A DNA stretch of 64,000 nt, from the NCBI GenBank assembly GCA_002189035.1, contig NEEC01000013.1:124001-188000 (forward strand). Reading direction: 5' to 3'. Positions 12,119 through 25,064 of the stretch are shown piece by piece (position 1 is the stretch's first letter; each line of letters begins with the position of its first letter). The notes below the pieces were generated by a model that did not search any database, had not been told where the DNA came from, and worked only from the letters and a program-made list of their open reading frames with translations. A program made the translations under genes and the position numbers. This DNA comes from Utricularia gibba. Taxonomy: Eukaryota > Plantae > Magnoliophyta.

Positions 12119-13535
12119 AATATCAAGTTTAACTAACGTGGATCAAGATAGAGGGGATGTATAATGTACTACTTTTGGATAGCAAACTTTGTAAGAATTG
12201 TTCATTAGTTGTTTTCCTCACATACCATCAACAACCCTACAAAAAACTAGTAAACACAACAACAAAAAAAGTAACATGACCCAAGATCATAATCTTATCA
12301 ACAAAAAATAATCAATTGCTTCAAGTTAGTAAGATGCAATCCAATTAGTCTCTTTTCTTTTTTATAGCAAAGTTAATTGAAGCAAATTACTTCAAGTTTC
12401 CAATGACTTGCACGGAATCCATAAATGTTATTGCCCATCCCATCATCACAAATAGAATTCTTGAAGCTAGGGACTTCAAGAATACCGAAACTCTTGTTTT
12501 ACCGAAATATTTGATCTACTTCTAATTAAGATTGTTTACTATGAGTGTCACTACCTCTCCTTCCTGAATCTATCCTACTTTGTTAATGAACTAGTGTGAT
12601 TTATGGCTAACAAGATCAAAAGAATGATTTGTATACCATTCCCTCTTTTGGTCCTAAGTAACTCCTAAGTACTTAACTACTTATATTAAAGAAAAATAAA
12701 AGACTTTCATAACATAATGTAAACATCATTCGCGTTTAAGAGTTGGACAATCAAAAATAAACAACAACTAAAATAGAAACCATAAGTAGTTTGCATGGAA
12801 AACTGAATCTACTCCTCGCCATGAGTAATATTTCTGAAAAGAAAATCTTTAAGTGTAATTAAGTTCTTCTTCTTCGACCTCCTTGTTCTTCATGATTCTT
12901 CTATGATTTCCTACTAGATCTACTTGTTATAAGTTTGTGACATGTTGTTCAATGTTGTGGAAATATTTTTTTCTTAGTTCATCATGCCAAAAATCTTCTT
13001 TTTGATCTTCTTGGGATTTAGTGCTTCTCTTTCTTTTCTTGTGTTCGTTTTTCATGCAGCCTACACTATATACTTTTCAGCTCATTGAGATTTATATTGC
13101 TGAAATATGTTGCATGTTCAAGAAAAATATTAGAACTAAGATTAAGACTAAATCTAATTAAAAATAAAAAAACACAAATAGTAGTGCTAGTAAAAAAAAT
13201 GCAAAAATACATAATAAAATCTGAGTTTTATAACAAAATATTAATCACTTTTTCATCTTTAAACATTCAATAATATGTGTTATCATGGACTCCCTGCAAG
13301 TAGTTGAAAATTTAAATTTATTTGTATAAACTAATTTGCTATAAAAAAGGAAAAGAGCAATTAAATTAACTTAACTTACCCTATCTTCCTATGTTGTAGT
13401 TTAATAAATAATTTAGTTTATGTGTATTTACACTTTCATATAAAGAGATATAGAAACCTCTCATATTACTTCTTTTTTGATGATCAACAAGATAATAAGA
13501 ATAGTCATCAATTGTCCTTAAAATTGAATTATCCA

Positions 13536-15980
13536 CGATAACATATATTTTATTAGTATTTTTAATTTATAAAATTAGGATGTTTAATGGTTAAATTAAC
13601 TATTTTAATTGTAATTTTTATTATTTTAATAATTATAGTATTATTTATATTTCTATGCATAATATAGATTAAATTATCAATTTAGTCTATATTATGATTT
13701 CTAATGTTTTTCTGAGTATTATTAGTAGTATTATGAATCAAATTTAATTAGTTCGTAAGTATAAGTCAATGGACACAAAAAATAATGAGGGGACATGATT
13801 GATATTTAGCTGCCCTAATAAGTGATTTTGTGTCACTTATATTTATGGTTTTTAGAATTCTCTTAAATGAGTTTTTTATTTTTTTTATTCCACTTTCTTT
13901 ATGTTTTTAGAAGAATTTTATATCTTTCATACCACTTTGATCTTTTTGGAGGTAAAGTGCGTTTTGTGATTTTTTAGGACGAATTTGGAATAATTTGAAG
14001 GATTTTCGAGCTACTTTGATGGAAGCTAAGATTTGGTCTATCCGGAGATGAAGACTCGGTCAAAGATTCTCGGATAAGATAAGATTCGTATCTTATCTTG
14101 GAAAACTTGGATCTCATCCTAGAAGATTTGTATCAAATCTTAGAAGATTCGGATAGAAGATTTGATGTGAGCCCATCAAGGAAGCCCGACAAATCCCCAC
14201 CATTATATAAAGATCCAAACGCGAAGACGTAAAGGAAGGAGTCGAAGTGGTGGATGACCAGAGAGTCAATCTAGGGTTTAGAGTCGAGTCTAGCATGTTT
14301 TGGATTCCTTTCCTTTCGTTTTTCATCAACTTTTGTTGTTTAGAGTCAAGCATGCGCGTGTGAGCGCTTGCGGCTGAGGATCTACTGTGAAGCCTTGCTT
14401 GCGTAAGTTCTACGCGAGTGATTGTCTTACTATGTTTTTCAGCATTTAATTTGAGGTCTGATTCTGTTTTTCGCAACGTTTTCTTTACCAACGTGATCTT
14501 TAGTACCATATAACCCTAAGGGAGTGTGGGAGAATCAAAGATTGGCCTCAATTGGACATCGTTGGTAAGTCACATTCTGTCTAATATGCCTGCGAGGTGT
14601 GAGGTGTAGAGGTTAGATTTGAGTGTGAGGAAAACATGGGTTATCACAAGAGGTGAAATGGCTCTGGTGGAATGGTTGATTCCATAATCCAACAAAACAA
14701 GGACGGTGCTATAACGGTCATCGAGTAGCACTACTTTAGCATAACACCCCCAAAGCTTGCGTAAGCAGGTAAGTTTTCAAGGTTTGCACACACGCAAGGG
14801 CGAGTTTCAAGTAAGGTGGATCTTATATCCAAGGCCACTTTTCTTATTACCTTCAAAAATCAATCTTTCTTTTGTTTCCAATCTTTTTAACTCTTTGTTT
14901 TGAAAAGAATATTCCAATAACAATTCCCTATGGATACGATCTTATTTTATTACTTCGACGGTTTCTGTGCACTTGCAGAATTACCATCATGCCCGTAGTC
15001 TACAGGTTCATGTAAGAGACAGTAAGAGTGTCAAGAACAATATTTACATTGGAAAAGGAGAGAAGGAGATATTTTATAGGAGATAAAATCACGAAAGAGG
15101 GAAGAAAAAAACCAGATTCCAACAAAAGGAGGTAAGATATGATTGAAAAGGAAATTTGAATTTAGAGTTTTTCCAGCATTGAACCCAATTCCTTGCTACT
15201 GTTTCTACCTAGAAACGGTAGCTATGAAGAATGCAAAACTAAATTTGGCTTTATTTGTATTTTGGAAATGCTTTATGTTTATTATTCTACATTTGAATTT
15301 GTGATCATAAATATATTTCTATTTTTAATTTATGAAGAAATGATTCTAATATTCATCATGAATAACTAGATTTTATGAATGCTTTAAGGTATATAAGAGT
15401 GATGTGGTTTAGAATTTGCTAGATAATCTATAATTACATACATTATTTACTCATTCATAGCATTCCTTGAATAGACCAGCTCACACACTTAATTCAAAGG
15501 TAGACCAATAAATTAAAATTGAGATAGTAGGTGGTAATCTTGATTATAACCAGTAGAATTAGATAGATCTAATTCTATATCTTTTATACATAAGTAGACT
15601 TAAGTGTGAATTGGGTAACGATATTAGAGATTGTCTTAATCGAAAATATAATGAATAACCTTAATAGATTTAGATTATTTGGATTGTAAATATAATAATA
15701 TTATATATTAGTTTAGGAACTTGAATACTACATTAGAGATCTAATTTTAGTTACTAAATTTACATACCATTGTTAGTCATATTTTGAATCAAGAGTATAA
15801 TTTTTTCTAAATTTTACATCTCAATAAAAATATATTGCAAATACCTGTTCCTTATGATTGATTCTAAAATCCACTATATAATTTGTATTAAATTTGTATT
15901 TTGTGAAAATTAGATAATATAAATTGATTTGATACAAAATTTGTTTTCTTTTACAATGATACTAAAATTTCCATTTATCA
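13536..15980 (+). mobile_element. Solo LTR (family A-related) containing a nested LTR
   Basis: Starts (C)GATAACATA, similar to the family A start TGATAACACA. Ends ...AAATTTCCATTTATCA, similar to the family A end. Flanks ATCCA/ATGCA form a 4/5 TSD. Confidence 0.6.
13796..14989 (+). mobile_element. Nested LTR (family D)
   Basis: TG...CA termini, ending GTGCACTTGCAGAATTACCATCA. Segment ~14290-14830 has an inverted homolog at ~57955-58480. No TSD identified. Confidence 0.65.
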
Positions 15981-17709
15981 ATGCACATATGTTTGAATAT
16001 TGACAATAACTAAATTATATATATATATATATTTCATTAATATTCTTCCATTAATGAAATGTGTTAATTATAACCAAATCACTATTAATTTCAAATTAGA
16101 AGGTAAGAGATGATATTCTTTTTTTTACCCCACATCAAAATTCATAAACAATGACTAGATACTCATGAATATTTACTAGGAGATGTAGAAAACTTAAAAT
16201 TTGTATGCATAGAGATATTTACTGATAGTTTATATTCAAGATTAGATTGTAACTTCATCTAACACTATAAAAAAAATTATTTATTCATGAATGATCACAA
16301 AAAAACTAGAAAAAAGTTGAAAAAATTAAGTTTTCTTCTTTCCATGTCGAGATGGAGAGGAAGAATCCAAAGGAAGCAAGTTTCACAAGTGCTAGTATGA
16401 AATGTCCCCTTACAAAAAAATTTTCTATCCATATTTTAATCATCCAATCGATTTAGGTATGCAATTCAAGTCAATTATCTCATCATTATTCTTTTTAGTT
16501 GCACAAATACATTTACTATTTCCAGTCACAAGTCATGTTAGAATCTACCCACCAAAACTTTCACCTCTTTGGTCCTTTTCGTAGATATCATGCCTTTGGC
16601 TAATTTTTTTTTTTTTTTTTACCCATTAAGTTGTTGCCTCTCTTGATTTGGTTATAAACATACAAATCTACATAATAAAAAAAAGAAAAAAATATGCATA
16701 CAAAAGGCACACACACAAAAATACACACAACATGAAAAAAAAAATTGAGATAAACTCAATATGGAATTTTGAATGAGATACTCAGTCCAAGAAATACAAA
16801 TAGCTAACCTTGAGATAGAATATAGAATATGAAAATAATGCCCATAGGTGGTTATTCAATAGCAAATGCATGGTGTCACAATGGGTCAGTCTACCTTGAT
16901 TAAAAAGATTATGGATGTTCTTCTAATATTTTGAGCCAAAAACTTCCTTCTTTAGAGTGTAGCGTTGACTACCAAAAATTGATTAATTCTAAATTGTCCA
17001 ATGCAGCTCCCTTTTGTCTTGATCCGAATTAGCTAAAACAATTCCGATAGATGGCCTCAAACGAGGCCAAAGAGACTATCCAAGATCTGAAGCACCCATG
17101 TAAGAAGAAATTGAGAGATCCTCCTCCATTCTTGAAACCTAGAGCTATTTCAACACCAAACCCTAACCCTAATGGTTGTACAGACCCTTAATGGGCCGAG
17201 AGTTCGTTCATGGCCCAGAATAGGATCTGGGCCTACTTCCCAGTGGACTTGGACCCCCTAAGACCCGAAATGGAATAATGTCCCATGCCCAACTATTCTC
17301 AACCGTATTCATTAATATTCAAAATTAGAAATATTAATAAGTTGAGGAAGTCAAGTCAAGGTCAAATTGCCAATCATGTCTCTCGAAAAGAAATAATAAT
17401 ATTTTGCGGGCATTATTACATAAAAATAACTATTTGAGACGACTACCAAAAATTAGACGGGAGGGAAAGAAAATCCAGAATTACAGCCGACGCGAACACC
17501 AAGGAATGGATGCTTTTCCTGGTTTGTCGCCGAGCACCCCATCGCTTTTTGTTGGTTGCTGTTTTCCCTTTCCCTTCATTCTGTATGTTTGCGTTTGTTT
17601 GTTTGTTGTTTTCGTTTTCTTCTGGGGAGCACTGAAAAGTTTCTGATCCTTCGCCATAGCCATAGCGGGGGATGTTTAGTGGAATCTCATTGCCGCGTTG
17701 AGTGTTAGG

Positions 17710-19962
17710 ATGGGTAAAGAGGAGTCGGCCATGCAGAAATCGAGGTCCTTTCACTTCCGCAAGATGTTTGATTTAAGTTCCAACAGGCAGACGAGTAACT
17801 TAGTTCAGGAGATGGGGAATGGGAGAGAAGCCGTTGATGAAATCTTGAGGAATGAGGGATCTGCATTGTTGATGGCTCACCAGATAGGTTCTCTTTTGGA
17901 TAATATCAGTGCAGAGGCGCCATCAGTGACCCCCAAGAAGGATAAGCCTGTTAGGGGTACCTTAACTGTTGTTGTTGTTTCCGTTAATGGTCTCTGAGAA
18001 TTAATGAACCGTTCGTTAGTCCTGATTTTATGTTTTTCTTGTTCCATCGTATGGTTTAGATGTGGATTTGATGAAGGAGAAATTTGCTAAGCTGCTTCTG
18101 GGAGAGGACATGTCTGGTGGTGGAAAGGGTGTTTCTTCTGCTCTGGCCCTGTCTAATGCTATAACAAATCTTGCGGGTAAGCTCTTTGTTTATTCGATGT
18201 TTCTTTCTTTTTTTTTTTTCAAAGCAAGAAGTTCTCAAGATTACACACGATTCGGGTAACGGGAGAAGTTTCTTGTGCGCTTTGCTGCTATCCTATGTTT
18301 GGTAATCATTGCATTGCAGCTTCTGTTTTCGGAGAACAGGAGAAGTTAGAGCCGATGTCAGCGGACAGGAAGGCTAGGTGGAAAAAGGAAACTGACTGGC
18401 TTTTATCAGTTACAGATTACATTGTGGAACTTGTTCCTTCTAGGCAGAAAGCAAAAGATGGATCAACTATGGAGGTAATATCAGATTGGGAGAAATTCTA
18501 CAGCATTTTTGACTGCGATACTTGCATGATGATGGTGGCATTCAAGTCCTTTTTTGTCTCATAGATTATGGTAACACAACAACGCAGAGACTTGCTGATC
18601 AATATCCCGGCATTACGAAAGCTCGATGTGATGCTTCTTGTATGAATGGCTACCTTCCATCTCTGTGTTGCTTTTCATGAATTACAGCTTTACTGCTTCA
18701 GCTTACTTGATGATAATTGGTAGGGTACCCTGGATAACTTCAGCAACGAGCAAGAATTTAAATATGTATCAAAACACGCGGATGATTCTGAAAAGGGAAT
18801 CCAAAGGAATGACAAATGGTGGTTACCTACTGTCAAGGTTCCTCAAAATGGCCTATCGGAAGAGTCAAGGCAGTTCCTGCAGAAGCAAAAAGAAGCAGTG
18901 AACCAAGTGCTGAAGGCCTCTATGGCAATAAATGCTCAAATACTTTCGGATATGGATATTCCTGATGACTACATTGAATCTCTTCCCAAGGTAGTAGGAG
19001 AACATCAAATATTCTGGGGGCCCTTTCTTCTGTTTCATAGTCCCTTTTTGTTTCACTTGTGCTGCCATTTTTGCAGAATGGTAGATCAAGCTTGGGAGAT
19101 TCAATATATAGAAGTATCACTGTTGACTCTTTCGATCCACTCCAATTCCTTTCGACTATGGACTTGTCAACAGAGCACAAAGTTGTTGATCTAAAGAACA
19201 GGATAGAAGCATCCATCGTAATATGGAAAAGAAAGATGAACCACAAGGATGGGAAATCTTCATGGAGTTCTGGGGTAAGCTTAGAGAAGAGAGAGCTTTT
19301 CGAGGAAAGAGCAGAGACAATTTTACTGCTGCTCAAACAACAATTCCCTGGGATCCCTCAGTCCTCACTTGAGATCAGCAAAATCCAGTTCAACAGAGTA
19401 TGACATTCAACAAGCAATACTAGATCCGTTTCTCGTGCACATACAAATTATCTTCAAGCATATTCTCCTTCCTTCTGTTCTGTAGGATGTGGGGTTGGCT
19501 GTCCTAGAGAGCTACTCCAGAGTGTTGGAAACATTGGCGAACACCGTGATGTCGCGTATTCAGGATGTTTTGTATGCAGATTCCCTGGCTCAGGATCCAT
19601 CCATAGCGATGCCCAACCGGTACCCGACTTCAGGCAACTTGACAGTCCCTGGAGAAGAGCCGGAAAAACTTAACTCATGTGCTAACACGCCGACTTCCAT
19701 GACATTGTCTGATTTCATGGGATGGAACTTGGAGCCGGCTGATACGGAAGCCAAGAGAAGTCAATCAGCTGCTCACTTGGAGTCAGAAGGTAACGCTGAA
19801 GATGAAAGATTCATTTCTAAACTTGCTAATATTAACATCAAGAAGTTGTCTTACCTGGACAAGATTGATTTGGGTGGAGACAAAAGCCCCGCAGTCGCCA
19901 TTAAAACGAGGAAGAAAAAGACGTTAACTGGAGTAGAAACAACAGAGGAAAGGACCCCATAA
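17710..19962 (+). CDS. ROPGEF: Rop guanine nucleotide exchange factor (PRONE domain), AtRopGEF8-13-like clade; C-terminus apparently frameshifted
   Basis: Exons 17710-17956, 18060-18176, 18320-18474, 18565-18639, 18724-18990, 19077-19397 and 19486-19962, all GT-AG and phase-consistent (552 aa). PRONE motifs: [55 protein letters not shown]. The coralog cannot be assigned. Confidence 0.95.
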
Positions 19963-20206
19963 GTTGTATAGATCGTGCTAACTGCTGATTGCTGAAAATG
20001 TACGCGTCGTTAATACTTGAGCATTCTTTGTGTCCGAGAGGAGTGTACTCAAATGTGTACCATCTCTCAGCAGTGGCATTGGCATTGGTGCAAAGAGAGG
20101 AGGTTTATGTGGGATTTCTGTGGTTGAAGATGAAAAGACACGACGAGAATGCATCAGCAGACTCCGTTCCTTAGTGGAACTCCAAATCTCATTTGTATGT
20201 CACACC

Positions 20207-20671
20207 TATGTTTTAAACTCGGTCGGTTCGAATATTCGATTACTGGTTTTCAGTATAAAATATTTTTAATCTCTAAATTTAATTTTTTAAAATTAAAAAA
20301 TGACATAAAAGTTAGGGGTATAAAAGTGTAGATATACTATCAGAATTTTTATATTTTTATACAAAATTTTACTTTATAAGGTATTTGGATTTGATCATTG
20401 TGTCACTGCAATCACAATTACAATTAATCTAAAATAATTACAATTTATTTTAGGTAATGAGTTTCATATTATGCAAAAAAATTTCATTGTATAACTTGTT
20501 GTTGATGTGATTTTTTTTATTGAATAGATAGAAGTTTTCAATATTTATAGTCACATTATTGAAAATATAATTATTATGTTATTAATATAATTCAGGTTTG
20601 ACCGATCAAACCTAAATTTTGAATCAACCCAATTTCATTCCGATCCGGTTTGAAATACCGATTTCAAAAGT
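20207..20671. mobile_element. hAT-type MITE between the convergent RopGEF and TCX 3' ends
   Basis: Imperfect inverted ends (TATGTTTTAAACTCGG / CCGATTTCAAAAGT), CCGG/TCGG subterminal motifs, and an 8-bp TSD candidate GTCACACC/GTTACACT (6/8). Confidence 0.45.
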
Positions 20672-21147
20672 GTTACACTAACAGGTTTTATGTTTTAGTT
20701 TTGAAAAATCATTATGTAGTCATCACATTACAATTTTACATGCCTCATATTCATTATGCATCCCTATTTTTTGTCGTTAGATATGAGATCTATGTTATGT
20801 TTACTCATTTCAATGAATTGTATTTTTCAAACTAAAATTAAATTGCATTCATAAATTTTTAACACAACCGTACTCAAAGTGAAGAGCAAAAACTAATGAA
20901 ATGAATCACGTAGTGTTTCTATAACGCTTTCAAGTAATTTACAGAAACTGCCTTAGCTTCTAAAATTAAACAAACAAACAAAAAGAAAGAATGTTACAGA
21001 GGACTTGAATCAACCGTCTGGAATCCTCATTCCTTGGATGCATTCTTGGGGCCTCGCCATTTTGATTTGGAATGCATCTTTTACTGCATTAACGCCTCAA
21101 GTTGCGAGGACTTCTCTGAGACACATTCGCTCAAATTCCAATTCTCT

Positions 21148-24100
21148 TCAGACGTGTTGATTCTCCAAGAATGATGGATTCCTGACAGCAACTGCAGAAG
21201 CTCCCAGAGAAATGGGAAGATTCACAAGGCCGTTGCTAATTGACTGTACATCTTTGGAGTTGGTTTTCAGTATCGAAGAGGTCGTCTCTTTTTCATTGGC
21301 TGATTCTGTTGGCAACAGAGCAGAGTATCTTGTTTCTGCATAAGGAACCCAGAGTTCAGTATCCGTTACCAAACTGTGACTTTTATTTCATCATCAAACA
21401 AAAGGAAGGTGAGAAATAGCAAGCCCAGGAATAAGGACCAAAATCAGAGATATCATGAAACAAAAGGATCGATGTAGCAACAAAGAAACATAAACACTTG
21501 CCTTTTATTTCTCCTAAGGTGATAAGCCTGTTAAGGCATTCTCGGAACTTTGTCAAAACAATTCTTTCTTGCTCGGCATATGACTTGGTTACAACACGCT
21601 CTCGTGGCAACTCATAAGACATATTATTCTCAACCTCTAACCTCTTAGGAGAAACAGTGAACATTGCATCTTTTTCATCACACATTAGAGCTGCAGTACT
21701 GGGAGAAACAGGTCTTCCCTTTGATAAATCAGCTCCATGTGAATAACATTTCTCAGGCCCAGCTTTTTCTGTCTGGTCATCAAATGAAGATGTATCATTG
21801 GGATTTTTGTCATGGGTTGGAAGCTCAGATGTCTGAAGTGTTGAGGCATACATTACTCTAAGGTCTTCTGCCTGTTTATCTACATCTCCTTCACCTGCAA
21901 TCATCAGATATCTCACTGTTAACAATCATAGATTATATAACCAAATCAGTGAATTGTCAGTGAGACGATTGGATAATTGGAGATGAGAAATCATGCAAAT
22001 CATCATGCTACGATAATGAAGCCAACCACTAGAATGAACTGTTGCCAACAGAGGCTTCATTGAGTGAAGCACGAATTTAAATTACCAGAAACAATACTGA
22101 AATAAAACCATAGATCAAATAGCTGACGCAATTTGAAAATGTTCTCATCCAAATACATAAACAAGAAGGTTCGTTTCTATTGTGTATATTCTATTGAAGC
22201 ACTAGATAGAAATAAATTTCCAACACAGCATTAACAGCAAGAAGATATGAATAAATCAAAACCACATAAAAAAAATACCTGCTAGCATCTTTGCTGTTTG
22301 TCCAGAATATACAACAAGCACTGAGCAAAGCTCCTTCAAATCCTGTGGCTGAATGATGTCGGCCAAGAGAGACCTATATGCAAACTTTGAAGGACCTCGG
22401 CCTGGTGGGCCACCAGGCCGGTCAGCAGGAGCTGAAGATGCTGAGGATGAGGGTATACAGGTCTTTTCATTGTGATTAGCCTAATGATTAAAAAACTGAA
22501 TTATGAGTTGATAAGGTGGTAAGCATTGAAGAGTAAGTACTTAAAAGGAGCTGTATTACATATCTGAACTCTGGTTGAAATTCAACCTCTAACGGAGAAG
22601 AGCACCTTCAAAGGCTTATTTTTATTTCAAATAGATTTACCTGATGGAATTGTCCAAACTTGCTTATAGGATCTTTTAATGTCGACCCAAATAAGAGATC
22701 CTGTCCGTTCCTTTTTTTGTTATATGGGGGAGAACCAAATCCAGATGACCCAATAGCACCGGTAATTGCAGCGTTTGCTGCCTGCTGGACAAATGCCATG
22801 TTAGCATGATCGCCATGGAAGAGAGCCTGCCTCTCTTCACTGCCTTCATAATTCTTGCAATCCATGCATTTACAATTTTCAGAACAAAGTATGTTTGCTT
22901 GGAAACATTCGCAGTACTTCTTAAGGCACCCAGATTTTTTGCAGTGGCAACCTTTATTGTGCTTTCCTGTGGCTAAACCTTCTTCATCCTGCATTACCGG
23001 ACATTATATCTTAATTTTCAATTCATAAACTCAAGGAAATGGACATTGGAAATTTATTAACGAATTTTAATGATCGACTCATCACAGGCAGTAGAAAAGG
23101 CTCTCCCTCATTGTAGTGTTCAGAAGGATGCAGTTTTCGTTTTTATTTTTCCACTTCATTCAAGAGACATATAAAGTAGCACCACCAAATATTTCTTTCT
23201 AGGTGAAATCGATTTGAGAACGAAAAAAATGCTTATCCATAGAACAAAAGAAAGATAAAATGCGAGCTTACTTCAGGTCTGTATCTAAACTTTTCACATT
23301 AGAAGTTGCCTTTGAAAACAAAAAAGTGAACTTGCAAATGAGGCATTTGAAGTTGTCATTACCCGGCTATCCCGCTCCATGTGGACTACTTGCGATTTTT
23401 GGTCTAAAAGCATTTGGATTACGTTCTAATGTAGCCCCAACAGCTTCACGTCTCGCAGCTTCGTTGTCAACATTGTTGTGGCAGTTCACACAGTTGCACC
23501 CATCACAATAGATTCCAGACGCAAAACATTCACAATACCTGAACAGCCGTAAGTTATTTGCAATAATCTTAATCATAAATAAAATTTTTAAGATGACAAA
23601 AGTCATCAGAATGCCAGCTAAGTAAGAGAAAACAAGATTTGGTGTTAGTTAATGGACACACAGAAAAAGGTATGATGCAGATATCTAGTGGTTGGAAGTT
23701 GTAAATCAGCAGCTTCAGAAAAGTTCTTTCACACTATAAGCGCTGACATGACATTCACTCAGTAGTATGATTCCAGAAAATCTACAGCGGCTCATCTTTG
23801 CTGCCACTATAACAGCCATTAAAACATATTTTGTATGACTCTTGCATTTAAGCATACAACCAAGCAAAAAATCACAACTCTTTCCCAAATACCCTGCGAA
23901 TCATTTACATGAATACCCACAATACGCAGATACTAAAAGGAAGGGCAAGTTGCTTACAGCTTCAGACACCGTGAATGTTTGCAATTACACTGTTTTTGCT
24001 TTTTCGGAGTACCATCTCTCACTTCATTTAAATGTTGTCTCACTCGTGACCTTGGTGATTCAGGGTTCCTGTTATGAAAAGGAAAAGGTAAATGAAGGTA

Positions 24101-24784
24101 TCAGTAACAAACAGAATGGATCAACGTGATAGCCAAAATATGGATACGAAAAGGTCCAACTAAATAGGAGGGTGCTCTAAAATCATGGAGCCCATGTAAT
24201 GATTCTCAGAGTGCAGAAAACTGTAGCATAAGCATCAAATGTCAATGATAGTGTTAATGAAGGCAATGAAAAGTTATTAAAAACAATAAATATTGCCTCA
24301 AAAACATCGAGCTCATTGAATATCAGCATTAGAATAACACCATTGAAGCTCAAACTATTGGAACGAAAACAGGTAATACCATAAAAAACGTAAAAGGAAG
24401 GCTGGTGATTCCCAAAAATATCTGAATACAGTCTGAAAGTCACAGCTCAAAGGCGACTCACGTAAGAGGGCGTACGAGAGAATTGCTAAGTGGCCCAGAT
24501 AGCTGACAGGGGTTTTGAATCCCCATGAACGGCATCTGCTGCGGAGGAATTTTCGTTGACTGGGCAGGTTTCACCATGTGCGGCATCGGAGGCTGATGCG
24601 GCGGCAGGATGGGCTTTGCCATCTGTTGCTGCTCCGCCCCTGTGGGGCCACTACCGAAGCCGGTAAAATCCAGCTGCCTCACCAGCTTCCTAGCCGAAAA
24701 ATCCACAGCCGCGGTAGAGGAGGCCTCCGATAACGAAGGAAGCTGATTGGTTGGAGGTAATCTCCCACCCTCTATTTGGTCCAT
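21148..24784 (-). CDS. TCX5: Tesmin/TSO1-like CXC domain protein, TCX5/TCX6 clade (DREAM subunit); exon 3 apparently frameshifted
   Basis: Exons 24784-24462, 24068-23958, 23538-23363, 22988-22641, 22480-22279, 21894-21502 and 21335-21148. CXC1 is [21 protein letters not shown], the hinge is [11 protein letters not shown], and CXC2 is [24 protein letters not shown]. The exon sum of 1741 nt is not a multiple of 3 and there is an in-frame TAG at 23369-23367. TCX5 and TCX6 cannot be distinguished. Confidence 0.9.
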
Positions 24785-24806
24785 TCAAGAATCAAATCAA
24801 AGGAAA

Positions 24807-24828
24807 ACACACACACACACACACACAC
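24807..24828. repeat. (AC)n microsatellite in the TCX leader
   Basis: ACACAC run just upstream of the TCX ATG. Confidence 0.85.
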
Positions 24829-25064
24829 GAACAAAAACAGAAACAAGAATCGTCACTCAGCTACTCTCATAGAAGATGAAGCAAATTCCACGCGTTCTCC
24901 TCGATTGAAACTGTGCTACTTTTCCAGAATTCTCTTCAAGAAACCAGATTTCAGCTGAAATTCATAGAGACGGATCCATCAATCCGTCACAGGATATCGG
25001 AAATGCACAATCACATATCCTGAATCATGAAATCGAGGAACTGAGAGGCCAAGGGAGGAGATTA

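Noticed and set aside
14114-14509. 131-aa ORF with a similar peptide at 58259-58456
   Set aside because: Both lie in copies of the same LTR family, so the similarity is nucleotide-level repeat homology.
17158-17172. Interstitial telomere array
   Set aside because: Only about two units; treated as a telo-box.
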